From: an uncultured Pseudobdellovibrionaceae bacterium
Lineage (GTDB): Bacteria; Bdellovibrionota; Bdellovibrionia; Bdellovibrionales; JAGQZY01
Direction of reading: 5' to 3'
Assembly: GCA_964400355.1 (NCBI GenBank)
Contig: CAYNTO010000012.1
Span: 13,290 to 77,289 of the forward strand
DNA: 64,000 nucleotides
Shown here in pieces: positions 18,032 to 27,693 of this stretch. The translations under genes were made by a program, and so were the position numbers. Every line of letters begins with the position of its first letter. Positions within the stretch are counted from its first letter, which is position 1. The notes under the pieces were generated by a model. The model searched no databases, was not told the DNA's origin, and worked only from the letters and a program-made list of their open reading frames with translations.

Positions 18032-18053
18032 AAATACCTCAATGAGCGTGAGG

Positions 18054-19376
18054 TCACGGTTTATCAGGTAGTTCCCGCGGTTCATTTTTAACCCACTCGA
18101 GATATTCCTTCATACGTTTTTCGAAACCGCGCTCACCCGGTGTGTAGAATTTTTCGTTCTTCGCTTCTTCTGGTAAAAAAGTTTGCGCCCGATACCCACG
18201 CTCACCATCGTGCGAGTATTTGTAGCCTTTTCCATAACCGAGTTTTTTCATAAGTGCGGTGCTGGAAGATCGCAGTGCTAGAGGTACCTGCAAGTTACCG
18301 GTCGCCTTTACATACTCAATGGCCTGATTGATCGCCTTATAAGATGAATTCGATTTAGGTGCGCTGGCGAGATAAACCGTAACTTGCGCGAGCGGAATGC
18401 GCGCCTCGGGCATTCCCATGGTGCGCACGGCTTGGTCGCAGGAGACAGCGAGATTTAACCCTTGCGGGTCTCCATTGCCGATGTCTTCAGAGGCTAAAAT
18501 CATAAGCCGCCGGGAGATAAATTTTGGATCCTCTCCACCCTCGAGCATGCGTGCAAGATAATAGATGGCCGCATCAGGGTCACTCCCACGCACGCTCTTA
18601 ATAAACGCGGAGATGCAATCATAGTGAGTGTCTTTATCCTTGTCGTAGGATAGCGCTTTTGTGATATTGAGCTCTTTAAACTGCGCCGATGTGAGTGGCA
18701 AGTCGGTAGGACTTTCTTGAACATGGACTATAACGTCTTCGATCAGATTGAGAAGTGACCGGCCGTCACCGGAGGTCCAGCGAATGATCTCCTCGCGCAA
18801 CTCCTCGGTGAAAAGCGGTTGCGCCAATTCGTAATGGCGCTGCGCACGCTCCAGCAGATCATTGAGTGCGCGATCATCGAGAGGATCAAAAACGATGAGA
18901 CGACAGCGGCTCATCAAAGCGCTATTGAGCTCGTACGATGGATTCTCGGTAGTGGCGCCAATGAGATAAATATCCCCGGCCTCAACAAAAGGAAGCAACA
19001 CATCTTGCTGACTGCGATTGAGGCGATGGATCTCGTCCACAAAAACGAGCGTGGGTTGTCCTTGAGTGATGCGGGTGTATTTGCCCTGCTCACCGATTTC
19101 GCGCAAGCGCTTGGCTCCAAGGTCCGTGGCGTTCTCCTCAATGTAATGAACCTTGGGGAGTTCCTGCACCAAAGCTTTAACAAATGAGGTTTTCCCGCAG
19201 CCTGGAGGTCCCCATAAAATCAAACTGGCCAATTGACCCTTCTTCATGGACTGAATGAGCGGAGAATAGGTTTTAAGGAATTTCTTTTGCCCTAAAAAAT
19301 CCGCAAGCGTGGTGGGCCGTAAACGTGCAGCTAACGGGGCGGTAGAAGATAGGGCTGACTGTGAGAACAATTCCAT
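18054..19376 (-). CDS. rarA: replication-associated recombination protein A (AAA+ ATPase, MgsA/RarA)
   Basis: LILWGPPGCGKTS is the Walker A motif and LVFVDEIHRLN is Walker B. The C-terminal block has DAAIYYLARMLEGGEDPKFISRRL and the YKYSHD motif typical of RarA. Confidence 0.9.
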   Translation of the reverse strand: MELFSQSALSSTAPLAARLRPTTLADFLGQKKFLKTYSPLIQSMKKGQLASLILWGPPGCGKTSFVKALVQELPKVHYIEENATDLGAKRLREIGEQGKYTRITQGQPTLVFVDEIHRLNRSQQDVLLPFVEAGDIYLIGATTENPSYELNSALMSRCRLIVFDPLDDRALNDLLERAQRHYELAQPLFTEELREEIIRWTSGDGRSLLNLIEDVIVHVQESPTDLPLTSAQFKELNITKALSYDKDKDTHYDCISAFIKSVRGSDPDAAIYYLARMLEGGEDPKFISRRLMILASEDIGNGDPQGLNLAVSCDQAVRTMGMPEARIPLAQVTVYLASAPKSNSSYKAINQAIEYVKATGNLQVPLALRSSSTALMKKLGYGKGYKYSHDGERGYRAQTFLPEEAKNEKFYTPGERGFEKRMKEYLEWVKNEPRELPDKP

Positions 19377-19433
19377 AGCCCGTCAACTTAGCGAAAAACA
19401 GACAGGCTGTCTAGGCAATGGGCAGTAACGGAA

Positions 19434-20069
19434 TCAGTCGGTATCGATAATGAGTCGGATCGGAATAGACTGGCGAATGATTTCCTGATTGGCAGAATCA
19501 TCCTGAGCAATAGCTGTGACGCGAATAAAACCGGCGACGGTGGCTCGCGTGTCCTCCGGTAAAGCGAGTCCGCCAAAAGCGAGAGAACACGATATATAAC
19601 CAGTATCTACAGTTCCATCATTGTTAAGATCAAACTGCTTAAGATCGCTGCGATAGGTGTTATCGGGGGCTGCAGTTGCACCCACTCCGCCCTTGCGCGG
19701 AATTTTTACGTCGTTTTTAGCGCCCACTCCAAACATTTGGCCAATTTCATCGGGGTCAACGATGTCTATTTTCGTCGCGAGGATGGTGTTCTCCACGTCC
19801 AACTGAATTTTTACTATAAAAAGATCTCGGCCCGTTTCGCGCCAAGACAGCGAGAACGACGAAAATCCCAAACTGGCCTCGCTCACACTCTCTGCCTCCA
19901 CATCTCCACTTGCGACATCTACACAGCTACGTCTTCCAATGGGTACTGCCGCCACTTGGCTGGGGGTTGCTGAGAGCACGAAAATATTGTCGTACTCACT
20001 GCCCCCGCTGCAGGAGGCGATGGCAAAATACATAACTAAAAGACCGAGTGTGGAGTAACGTTTCATCAT
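19434..20069 (-). CDS. lipoprotein of unknown function, co-transcribed with pilQ
   Basis: The lipobox is FAIASC. A 4-nt overlap with the pilQ stop implies one transcript. FDLNNDGTVDTG is a Ca-binding-loop-like segment. Confidence 0.55.
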   Translation of the reverse strand: MMKRYSTLGLLVMYFAIASCSGGSEYDNIFVLSATPSQVAAVPIGRRSCVDVASGDVEAESVSEASLGFSSFSLSWRETGRDLFIVKIQLDVENTILATKIDIVDPDEIGQMFGVGAKNDVKIPRKGGVGATAAPDNTYRSDLKQFDLNNDGTVDTGYISCSLAFGGLALPEDTRATVAGFIRVTAIAQDDSANQEIIRQSIPIRLIIDTD

Positions 20070-22273
20070 AATGATTCTACCTCATTTTCGATCTCGTCCA
20101 TAGACTCATCGCTGGGCGCGGATTCGCTGGATTGCGGTGAAACGAGCATCGATTCAGATTGAGATTTTACAACGTCTCCGGAAGACGTTATCTCTGTGGT
20201 TTTGAGCATCGATTCCGGATTGAGGATGCGTGGGGTGAGGAAGATCACCAGCTCTGTTTTGGTGATTTCTTTGAGTTTGGTTTTAAACAAATATCCTAAA
20301 ATTGGAATATCTTTGAGCAGCGGGATACCGCCCTCCGCATGGGTTTCGGTTTGATCGAAAATTCCACCAAGAACAAGGGACTGGCCGTCCTTCACGATAA
20401 CTTTAGTTGTCGCTTTCCGCTTATTGATACCACGGCTTGTCCCACCTACAGTGGGGCCGGGAATATCGCGATTCACTTCGATATCCATAATCAGGTCCGA
20501 GTTGAACGACACTTGAGGTGTTACCGCCAAACTCAGTTTGGCATCTTGGAATTGCACCTGCTGAGTTGCGCCCACGCCCTGCACGGCGGTCACGATAATG
20601 TTTGGCACTTGTTGAGTGGATTCGATCATCGCTTTTTCTTTATTGAGCGTTACGATCTTCGGTGAAGATAGTACTTTTACCTTTTGTTCTCGCTCATAAA
20701 TAGACAAGATAGAAGTGATATCGCCAATGCCATCTAGAGTTCCATAACTCAAGCTGGTGGTAAGGCCCCCTGCAAATGTCGATGGGTTGCGATCGGCTTT
20801 AATGTTGTTCCCTAAGGTGAGGGTCTGATCGCCCACCTCTACTGATCCGCCATTTTGTCCCCACTGAACGCCAAATTCGCGTGCGAATTCTTCGCTCGCC
20901 TCGATAATTTTTCCCTCAATCAAGATCTGCACCGGAGATACGTCGAGTGATTTGATCAGTTTTTCCGCGCGCTCCATGGGTCCATTGTAATCATTGATAA
21001 TTATAGAACTTGAGCGCTTGTCCACGATCACTGTACCGGCCGCACCGGTACCATTGGTTGTCTGCGTGAGGAAGGGTCCAACTTGCTTGGCCAAATCATC
21101 GAGATTCGCGTAATTGATCGGGATGACTTTTACAGCGCGTGCTTGCGCCGCTCGTTGCGCGCCCTCTTGGGCGTTGATACGTGCCGCTTCTTGATTGTAT
21201 TCGTCGGTGATTGTTTTGCTTTCAGCAATGCGAAGAATTTCTCCGCGGCGCTCGTACGCCAATCCGTTCGTCTTAAGAATCAACGACAAAGCTTCTTCCC
21301 AAGGAGTGTCCTTGAGTTTAACGCTTGTTGTTTTATTCACATTGTCATCGACGATGATATTTACGCCCACGTCATCAGCGATAAAATAAATAAGATCTTT
21401 AATATTGATGTCCTGCATCTCCAACGAAATCTTTTTGCCGGTCATGCGCGAACGCTGGCCAATAATCGGACCTGCTCCACTGTTCATAACCATGAGCTGG
21501 CTACCCTGAAGCTGAACGGCAGGCTTCAACTTGTCTTTATATTGGATAACAAAACGTGCGGTGGTGGATCCCGATTCTTGGTACGCGTTTACGGTGGCCA
21601 CTGCTTGCTCAAAGTCTTTGGCAATGTACGGAAGTTTAAATCGATCGGGAAGATCGATGTCGGCTATCTCAATGACTGTTTGATTGAATTCCGGTTCGTC
21701 CCGAACCTCATACTCAAAAGGCTGAGCAGCGCTGATAACAACGCTACCGCCAGACTGCTGTGATTTGTACTCCAAGTTTGTGATCGTATTGCCGGAACTG
21801 CTCGATACGCTGGATGCCGCAGCAGAAGTTTCCTCTGACGGACTTGCTTCTGTATCTGCCATTTCTAAATCCAGATCCTCAATCGCACCATTGTCCACAG
21901 AGGCATCGGTTTGCGGCTCGTTGCCAAGCTCCACAGTTCCGGCTGTCATGCTTTCACTGGACAATTCATTTTCTAGTTGGCCTTCGTTGAAATCCTCGAT
22001 ATCCCCGAAAGAGTCATCCGACAAATCGTCCGCACTGGCTTGATCAGTGGACTCTTCGGAAGTTGTTTCATCGGCAGAAGCTGACTCCAGATCGAGATCC
22101 TCGAAGTCGGACTCGCCGCCCTCCGCAGTTTCCACCTCGATGGGATCCGCCTCACCTTCCATTTCCGATGCAGCAACCGATTCATCTTCCGACGAATCAA
22201 ACATCGAGCACGATGTGAGCGAAACAAATAAAAATACTAAACACAGATGAAAGAACATCCTTGTCATTATCAT
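20066..22273 (-). CDS. pilQ: type IV pilus secretin PilQ
   Basis: The C-terminal secretin core reads VLSSPKIVTLNKEKA...VKDGQSLVLGGIF...GIPLLKDIPILGYLFK...ELVIFLTPRI. It lies at the end of the pilMNOP gene order. The N-terminus has a lipobox (SLTSC) and a roughly 150-aa acidic low-complexity region. Confidence 0.9.
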   Translation of the reverse strand: MIMTRMFFHLCLVFLFVSLTSCSMFDSSEDESVAASEMEGEADPIEVETAEGGESDFEDLDLESASADETTSEESTDQASADDLSDDSFGDIEDFNEGQLENELSSESMTAGTVELGNEPQTDASVDNGAIEDLDLEMADTEASPSEETSAAASSVSSSSGNTITNLEYKSQQSGGSVVISAAQPFEYEVRDEPEFNQTVIEIADIDLPDRFKLPYIAKDFEQAVATVNAYQESGSTTARFVIQYKDKLKPAVQLQGSQLMVMNSGAGPIIGQRSRMTGKKISLEMQDINIKDLIYFIADDVGVNIIVDDNVNKTTSVKLKDTPWEEALSLILKTNGLAYERRGEILRIAESKTITDEYNQEAARINAQEGAQRAAQARAVKVIPINYANLDDLAKQVGPFLTQTTNGTGAAGTVIVDKRSSSIIINDYNGPMERAEKLIKSLDVSPVQILIEGKIIEASEEFAREFGVQWGQNGGSVEVGDQTLTLGNNIKADRNPSTFAGGLTTSLSYGTLDGIGDITSILSIYEREQKVKVLSSPKIVTLNKEKAMIESTQQVPNIIVTAVQGVGATQQVQFQDAKLSLAVTPQVSFNSDLIMDIEVNRDIPGPTVGGTSRGINKRKATTKVIVKDGQSLVLGGIFDQTETHAEGGIPLLKDIPILGYLFKTKLKEITKTELVIFLTPRILNPESMLKTTEITSSGDVVKSQSESMLVSPQSSESAPSDESMDEIENEVESL

Positions 22274-22297
22274 CTCCTAACGGACTCTGCCTGACTT

Positions 22298-22897
22298 TTA
22301 TTTTCGTATAGATAATGTAATTGTAGAAGTAGACTTTTGCTGCCCCTCACCCAAAGTCTGTACAATTATGATCTTTCCTTCGCGAATGGCCTGAATGATA
22401 CCAAAGTTCTCACCAAGGTAATCTCCCACGGTAACTTTAACGATGCGGCTCTTCTTTTGTTTTAGTCCCGGAGAATCATCGGGGATTTGAATAAATGCTT
22501 TTGGCTTTACTCGGTCCATAATGATCCCTTTGATCACCACGTCCTGGAGCTTCACTTCCTGAAGAGGGAGAAACGGACCAAAGTAAGATCCAGGAAGTAG
22601 TGGCGCCTCTTTTGTCTCTGGCAATAGGAATGGATCACGTTTGCCTTTGCGCACGTAATTGAAGGGTTCGGTAAGACGCTTGACGAGGGAACCTTGGTTG
22701 GCCAATTGCTCATCGACGGCCATCGCACTATCATCCACCGGCGGAGCTTGATCGGCTTGCGCCTCATCGCCAGTTTCACCCGCATCTCCGGCGTCGCCCA
22801 TCTCGGGAGCAGATTCCTCCACCACCGGCTCGGGAAAGTCACCCTCGCTCGGTGGCTCCTGCGCAAAAATAAGAGAGAGGCAAAATAACCAGATCAT
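22298..22897 (-). CDS. pilP: type IV pilus assembly protein PilP
   Basis: The call rests on its position between pilO and pilQ, an acidic/Pro-rich linker, and a C-terminal beta domain (RDPFLLP...LQDVVIKGII...VTVGDYLGENFGIIQAIREGKIII) that matches the PilP pattern. Confidence 0.75.
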   Translation of the reverse strand: MIWLFCLSLIFAQEPPSEGDFPEPVVEESAPEMGDAGDAGETGDEAQADQAPPVDDSAMAVDEQLANQGSLVKRLTEPFNYVRKGKRDPFLLPETKEAPLLPGSYFGPFLPLQEVKLQDVVIKGIIMDRVKPKAFIQIPDDSPGLKQKKSRIVKVTVGDYLGENFGIIQAIREGKIIIVQTLGEGQQKSTSTITLSIRK

Positions 22898-23496
22898 TTT
22901 ACCGCTCCCGATTTATCTTCAATTTTTACGTCTTTTTTGTCCTGAGCAAAAATTGACAATTTGAGTTTGAACTTGATCATCGACATTTCGTCGGTGGGGT
23001 TTTGGGATTCCAACTCCATAGATCTAAAGTCCACAACGCGATTCATCCGCGTGATCGATGATAAAAATCCCATGATCTCGTGAAAGCCGCCAATTGTATC
23101 GATTTCCACACCGTGCTCGGTATATCCAGGGAAACGCGATTTGGCCTCGACTTCGTTAATGCGAATCAATCTGTTGTCGGTGGCCTTGAGGCGCTCGGTG
23201 AATTCTTTTTGCATCTCGTTGACGTCGAGATTGGCCGGAAAAAACTTTAAGAGTTCTTCAAGTTCCTTAGTGAAGGCCACAACCTTTTGCTCGAATGCCG
23301 CTTTATTATTGAGAGCTTCCTGAACCGCATTCAATCGCTTTTTATAACCCTTAATTTCCTCTTGTACGGCCTGTGAGCTGGCGACAATGTCCTCGCCCTT
23401 GTTGAAGAAAACGAAATAATAAACCACGCAGAGGATAAATCCTATGACCAAACATTTCGCGGGTGTTAATTCCTGAAAATCTTCTTTTAATCCCAT
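22894..23496 (-). CDS. pilO: type IV pilus assembly protein PilO
   Basis: Single N-terminal TM (CLVIGFILCVVYYFVFF), then a coiled coil, then a C-terminal domain. Position in the pilMNOPQ order supports the call. Confidence 0.75.
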   Translation of the reverse strand: MGLKEDFQELTPAKCLVIGFILCVVYYFVFFNKGEDIVASSQAVQEEIKGYKKRLNAVQEALNNKAAFEQKVVAFTKELEELLKFFPANLDVNEMQKEFTERLKATDNRLIRINEVEAKSRFPGYTEHGVEIDTIGGFHEIMGFLSSITRMNRVVDFRSMELESQNPTDEMSMIKFKLKLSIFAQDKKDVKIEDKSGAVK

Positions 23497-23499
23497 TGC

Positions 23500-24114
23500 C
23501 TAATCCTGTAACACGATATCAAATTTAAATTTCTTTACTTCCTGTTTTTGTATATCTTCGGCAGATATATTGGGCGCCCTCACCTTTTCAAAAACAGCCT
23601 TCTCTTGGCTCAATGCCGTGGTAAAAATCTGAATGTCTTCCACACTGGTGCCCATTCCCGACACAGCCACAACGGTTTTTATCCCTGGGCCACCCATGGA
23701 TCCCTGTTCTTCACGCACCGACAGTTTGTCGAGCCACAAGGATGCCAGTATGTGCCGCTGCAGTAAGGAAAGCGCCTGAATTTTTTTCGAACGAAGACCA
23801 AAAATCTGTTCCATAACATGGAGCTTGTCGTCCATCTCGCGCTGTTGCATTTCTACCTGTTTAACAATCTCATCTACCGATTCCTGGTTTTTAAGGTCCG
23901 AATTGAGCTGGTCGCGCTCTACCACAAGGCGAGAGTAGGCATCATTTTTATCTTGCAGATCCATTTTTTCATAATACATGAAGCCCAGCACTGGCGCGAT
24001 GATAAGCCCAAGCTTAATCGCAGCATCACGTATGATCTTGCCTTCGAGAAGATTGACGCCAGCTTTCGAGTCCGATTTCTTTAAAATGGAATTGGCGAGG
24101 TTGACCTTAATCAC
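23500..24114 (-). CDS. pilN: type IV pilus assembly protein PilN
   Basis: An N-terminal IKVNLA motif is followed by one TM and a coiled coil. A 4-nt overlap links it to pilM. Confidence 0.75.
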   Translation of the reverse strand: MIKVNLANSILKKSDSKAGVNLLEGKIIRDAAIKLGLIIAPVLGFMYYEKMDLQDKNDAYSRLVVERDQLNSDLKNQESVDEIVKQVEMQQREMDDKLHVMEQIFGLRSKKIQALSLLQRHILASLWLDKLSVREEQGSMGGPGIKTVVAVSGMGTSVEDIQIFTTALSQEKAVFEKVRAPNISAEDIQKQEVKKFKFDIVLQD

Positions 24115-25151
24115 TTGGCAACTCCACGCAACGCTAATCCAAGAGAAATGGCGGCAAACGGTCTGATCTGTTCTAGAAATTCTGGAGAAATCTTTTTGTT
24201 GTTGTAATCAATGTTTATGAACGGATCAAACATCGCACACTGTACGCCAGTGGCCTCCTGGATTTTTTGCAATAAACCAGGTGTTAGCGAAACGCCTCCG
24301 CATACAAACATTTGTTGCACACTGAGGCCGTTACCGCTGTTGCGATAGAAGTCAAAACTGTTGTTCACTTCCACGCTGAGCATATCATTGACCGATTGAA
24401 TCGCAGCCATCACCTCTTGTGGCGTGGCCTGTTGGTAAGAAACTCCAAGCTTAAGGCTCTCCGCCTCTTGAGCGCCAACGCCCAAATCGCGCGAGATCTC
24501 CGCGTCGTATAAAAATCCACCATAAGGTATATCGCGAGCGAATACGGTGTTGCCGGATTCGAGGATGACCAGGTTCACGACACTTGCACCAATATTCACC
24601 AAAGCAACGGTACCGGGAACGATTCCATAATTGAATTCAAAACAATTAGCGAGCGCAATGTCGTTCACATCGACAACCGAACAAGCCATTCCAGAGGACT
24701 CCACCGATTCAAAGTATCTGAAAATGTGTTCTTGGCGAGCGGCTACCAGCAGCACATCCATGGTTTCCGTGCTCTGAGTTTTAAGAATATGGAAATCGTA
24801 AACCGCTTCTTCGATGTTAAAAGGAATGTACTGTTCCGCTTCCCAGCGCAATTGCTCATTGACGATCTTGGGATCCATCTTTGGCATGGTGATTTTTTTA
24901 ACAATCACCGCTCCACCGAACATACCTACAACCACTTCGCGTTTGGCGTAACCTTTTTTCTCTGTACCGGCTTTTATGGATCCCGCAACGATGTCGGGAT
25001 TAACGATGTCTCCGCCTTCGATCGCACCTTTAGTGATAGGCACGATAAGGAAGTCATTCAACATGGCCCTCTTGCCCTTTAAAGTGAGTTCGGCGATCTT
25101 AATAGAGCTCGACCCAAGGTCCAAACCTAGGGGATTTTTTTTCATAAACAT
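24111..25151 (-). CDS. pilM: type IV pilus assembly ATPase-fold protein PilM
   Basis: The actin-like fold signature GLDLGSSSIKIAEL, together with VVDVNDIALANCF and GGVSLTPGL, is typical of PilM. Confidence 0.9.
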   Translation of the reverse strand: MFMKKNPLGLDLGSSSIKIAELTLKGKRAMLNDFLIVPITKGAIEGGDIVNPDIVAGSIKAGTEKKGYAKREVVVGMFGGAVIVKKITMPKMDPKIVNEQLRWEAEQYIPFNIEEAVYDFHILKTQSTETMDVLLVAARQEHIFRYFESVESSGMACSVVDVNDIALANCFEFNYGIVPGTVALVNIGASVVNLVILESGNTVFARDIPYGGFLYDAEISRDLGVGAQEAESLKLGVSYQQATPQEVMAAIQSVNDMLSVEVNNSFDFYRNSGNGLSVQQMFVCGGVSLTPGLLQKIQEATGVQCAMFDPFINIDYNNKKISPEFLEQIRPFAAISLGLALRGVAK

Positions 25152-25203
25152 CGATGTCGTACCTTTTGCACAAATGTGCTGCGCGCAATCTGTCTCAAAT
25201 TAA

Positions 25204-25232
25204 ATTAAATAGAACGGCACCACCAAAGTCAA
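25204..25232 (-). promoter_or_regulatory. candidate sigma70-type promoter for pilMNOPQ
   Basis: The minus strand reads TTGACT-17 nt-TTTAAT (-35 at 25232..25227, -10 at 25209..25204), about 50 nt upstream of the pilM ATG. This is a sequence match only. Confidence 0.35.
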
Positions 25233-25247
25233 TGTGGTCTGGTTAGG

Positions 25248-26057
25248 TCAGGGGCTGCCGTCCACATTAAGCGGTAGCGGGAACAACCACTGGACTATGG
25301 TAGGATAGTCGAGAAACACCGTCGCCACAGCTCCGATCACGAGGAACGGGCCGAACGGAATGGGGTCTCTCATGCTTTTTCTGTCGACGACGAGGCGGTA
25401 AATAACAAAAGGTATGGGCGTAAGTCCTGCAACCATTAACGTGGGAATTATACTCTGCAAGCCAAAAACGGCACCAATCCAGGCAAGCAACTTTATGTCC
25501 CCGCCGCCCATCACTTCGCGCTTGTAGATCAAGTATCCAAAGTAAGCCACCAAATATAAAAACCCGCCCCCCAGTAGAAACCCTAAAAATGCCGGCATAA
25601 ATGTGCGTTCTGGATTTATAAGCGCGCCTAAAAGCCCGACGGCACATCCACCGAGCGTAAAGGCATCGGGTAAAATCATATGCTCCCAATCAATCACCGA
25701 AGCAACAAATGCCATATAAACAAAGATCAAAAATTCATAGCCAAAGAATGTCAGCTGGAGACTGTTTGCAATTCCGTAGCGATAATAAACCATCATAAAT
25801 AGAGCGCCGCACAGCAGTTCGATCAATGGATAGCGAAATGGAATTGCCTTTTTGCAACTGCGGCAACGTCCACGCAAGAAAGCCCACGACGCCAGCGGTA
25901 TGTTGTCAAACCAGGCAATAGGTGCTGAACATTGTGGGCACTGGCTGCGAGGAACTATGCTTTTTTCTGCAGGTAGCCGCAAGATCAATACATTTGCAAA
26001 ACTTCCAAAGAGAAGCCCGAATAAAAAATAAATGAGGTAAATTAATGGTTCATGCAA
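25248..26057 (-). CDS. pilD: prepilin peptidase / N-methyltransferase (A24 family)
   Basis: CPQCSAPIAWFDNIPLASW...GRCRSCK is the Cys4 motif. The polytopic body carries GGGDIKLLA, which holds an active-site Asp. Confidence 0.9.
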   Translation of the reverse strand: MHEPLIYLIYFLFGLLFGSFANVLILRLPAEKSIVPRSQCPQCSAPIAWFDNIPLASWAFLRGRCRSCKKAIPFRYPLIELLCGALFMMVYYRYGIANSLQLTFFGYEFLIFVYMAFVASVIDWEHMILPDAFTLGGCAVGLLGALINPERTFMPAFLGFLLGGGFLYLVAYFGYLIYKREVMGGGDIKLLAWIGAVFGLQSIIPTLMVAGLTPIPFVIYRLVVDRKSMRDPIPFGPFLVIGAVATVFLDYPTIVQWLFPLPLNVDGSP

Positions 26058-26811
26058 AGTCTTTGCCCCTAAATATCAGTGAGGCGCTCGCTAGAAACAG
26101 AATGATCCACAACGCGGCTATTGCCAACCCATAGAACAAAACTTCCACGGTTACGAACGGCTCAAGCGCATGCAAACGCCAATTAAAATACTCAAAATTT
26201 GGTAAAAACTTTTTTGCCGACGTCACGGTGTAATAAAACAGGCCGTCCTTGGGACCTACTTCTCTCGACGACAATGTCCAATGCGCTAAAATAAATACAC
26301 CTATAGAAAACAAAATTGATAAAAATGATGCACAAAAAGTGGAAAAAAACGTTGTGACCGCCAATAGCGTCACCGCCTCAACCAAAATTCCTAAAAAGGA
26401 AACAAATAAATGGCCAACATCAAACTGAAATCCCATCAGCATGAGATTCACACTAAATACCGCGAAAAATCCAAATGTGAACGCAGCGATCAGTGCGCAA
26501 AATCCAAAATATTTACCGAGCAGAAATTGGGTGCGGCTTATAGGGCGCGACAATATTGTGAGTATGGTGAGTCTTTCGATCTCTTTGTAAATCATGGAGC
26601 CGCCTAAAAATACCGTAAGTCCCATTATACACAAATGGATGGCCGATAACCCCAAACTCAAAGTTAAACGCAGTTGTTCCGTGTAACTCAATTGCCCGAT
26701 GGCGACCATGAGGAATACCAAAAACACCGCAAACACCAGGAACGCATATAGAACACGATTGCGTAAAAGTTCTTTGAATGTATTTTTAGAAATGATCAGC
26801 AGCTTGGTCAT
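26050..26811 (-). CDS. ABC-2-type transporter permease
   Basis: 253-aa, roughly 6-TM protein that overlaps the upstream ATPase gene by 4 nt. Confidence 0.65.
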   Translation of the reverse strand: MTKLLIISKNTFKELLRNRVLYAFLVFAVFLVFLMVAIGQLSYTEQLRLTLSLGLSAIHLCIMGLTVFLGGSMIYKEIERLTILTILSRPISRTQFLLGKYFGFCALIAAFTFGFFAVFSVNLMLMGFQFDVGHLFVSFLGILVEAVTLLAVTTFFSTFCASFLSILFSIGVFILAHWTLSSREVGPKDGLFYYTVTSAKKFLPNFEYFNWRLHALEPFVTVEVLFYGLAIAALWIILFLASASLIFRGKDFA

Positions 26812-27677
26812 GGCTGGGTCCGCTTTCGAAACTCATTGTACGCGTGTTCGAGAGCCATCTTGGGTTCCTGAACCGAGATCAGGCGCCCACCCTTAGCCTC
26901 CACCTTTTGCAAAATGGCCAAAACATCGGGGAGCGAAGCTGCCGTCTCCTGTTCAATCTTGTCGTTGACCATTGTCACTACTTCTAATTGTTTGTCATTT
27001 TTTTTGATAAAATCAGAAAGATTCCCTTGAAACTGTATCTTCCCGGTATCGATAATCACCAACCGAGTACACAATTTTTCGATATCGTCCAACAGATGAC
27101 TGCTGAAAAATATGGTAGTGCCTTTGGCCCCCAGCTCGCGAATCAGCTCAGAGACCTGATGGCGCCCATCTGGATCAAGACCCGACATCGGCTCATCGAG
27201 AATCAAAAACTTAGGGTCGTGAATTATGGCTTGTGCCAGACCTACACGCTGGAGCATGCCTTTGGAGTAACTGCGTAAAAGTTTGTCCTTAGCCGCGATC
27301 ATTCCCACCCGCTCAAGTAGCGCCTCCGCACGTTCACGCAATTGTTGGCGTGGAAGCGAAAGCGACAGCTGCCCGTAAAACGTTAGGAATTCCAAGCCGG
27401 TCAAGTATTCATAAAAGTAAGGTCGCTCCGGCATATAACCAATGTGCTGGCGAAAGTCGGCAAACTGATCGTTAAAAAAACTCACCCGGCCACTCTGATA
27501 TTTAAGCAAACCCAGTATGCATTTCATGGTGGTGGTTTTACCCATTCCGTTGCCCCCAAGGAATCCGGTAATGGATTTTGCAGGAACAGAAAATTCCACG
27601 TCGAAGAGAACCTGACGCTTCTTAAACGTTAGTGGATCGCGAAACGTCTTTGAGAGCTTCCGTACATCTAAAGACAT
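26808..27677 (-). CDS. ABC transporter ATP-binding protein
   Basis: Walker A is GGNGMGKTT, the signature is YSKGMLQRVGLA and Walker B is FLILDEP. Confidence 0.9.
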   Translation of the reverse strand: MSLDVRKLSKTFRDPLTFKKRQVLFDVEFSVPAKSITGFLGGNGMGKTTTMKCILGLLKYQSGRVSFFNDQFADFRQHIGYMPERPYFYEYLTGLEFLTFYGQLSLSLPRQQLRERAEALLERVGMIAAKDKLLRSYSKGMLQRVGLAQAIIHDPKFLILDEPMSGLDPDGRHQVSELIRELGAKGTTIFFSSHLLDDIEKLCTRLVIIDTGKIQFQGNLSDFIKKNDKQLEVVTMVNDKIEQETAASLPDVLAILQKVEAKGGRLISVQEPKMALEHAYNEFRKRTQP

Positions 27678-27693
27678 ACGGATATTATGGTGG

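Noticed and set aside
21083-21763. Long ORFs antisense to well-supported genes. Examples are 226 aa opposite pilQ, 178 aa at 32970..33506 opposite pyrB, 184 aa at 35661..36215 opposite lepB, 169 aa at 39170..39679 opposite metK and 168 aa at 33797..34303.
   Set aside because: Each lies wholly inside a gene with strong family motifs on the other strand. Their translations are low-complexity or Arg/Cys/His-rich with no motifs, which is typical of shadow ORFs.
20066-22273. The acidic D/E/S-rich region of PilQ as a DNA-level tandem repeat or a phase-variable tract.
   Set aside because: The codons are heterogeneous and I could see no repeated nucleotide unit. The low complexity is at the protein level only.
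25152-25247. A sigma54 (-24/-12) promoter upstream of pilM.
   Set aside because: The nearest match, TGGTGC-N5-TATTT, lacks the -12 GC element. A sigma70-like TTGACT-17-TTTAAT fits better.
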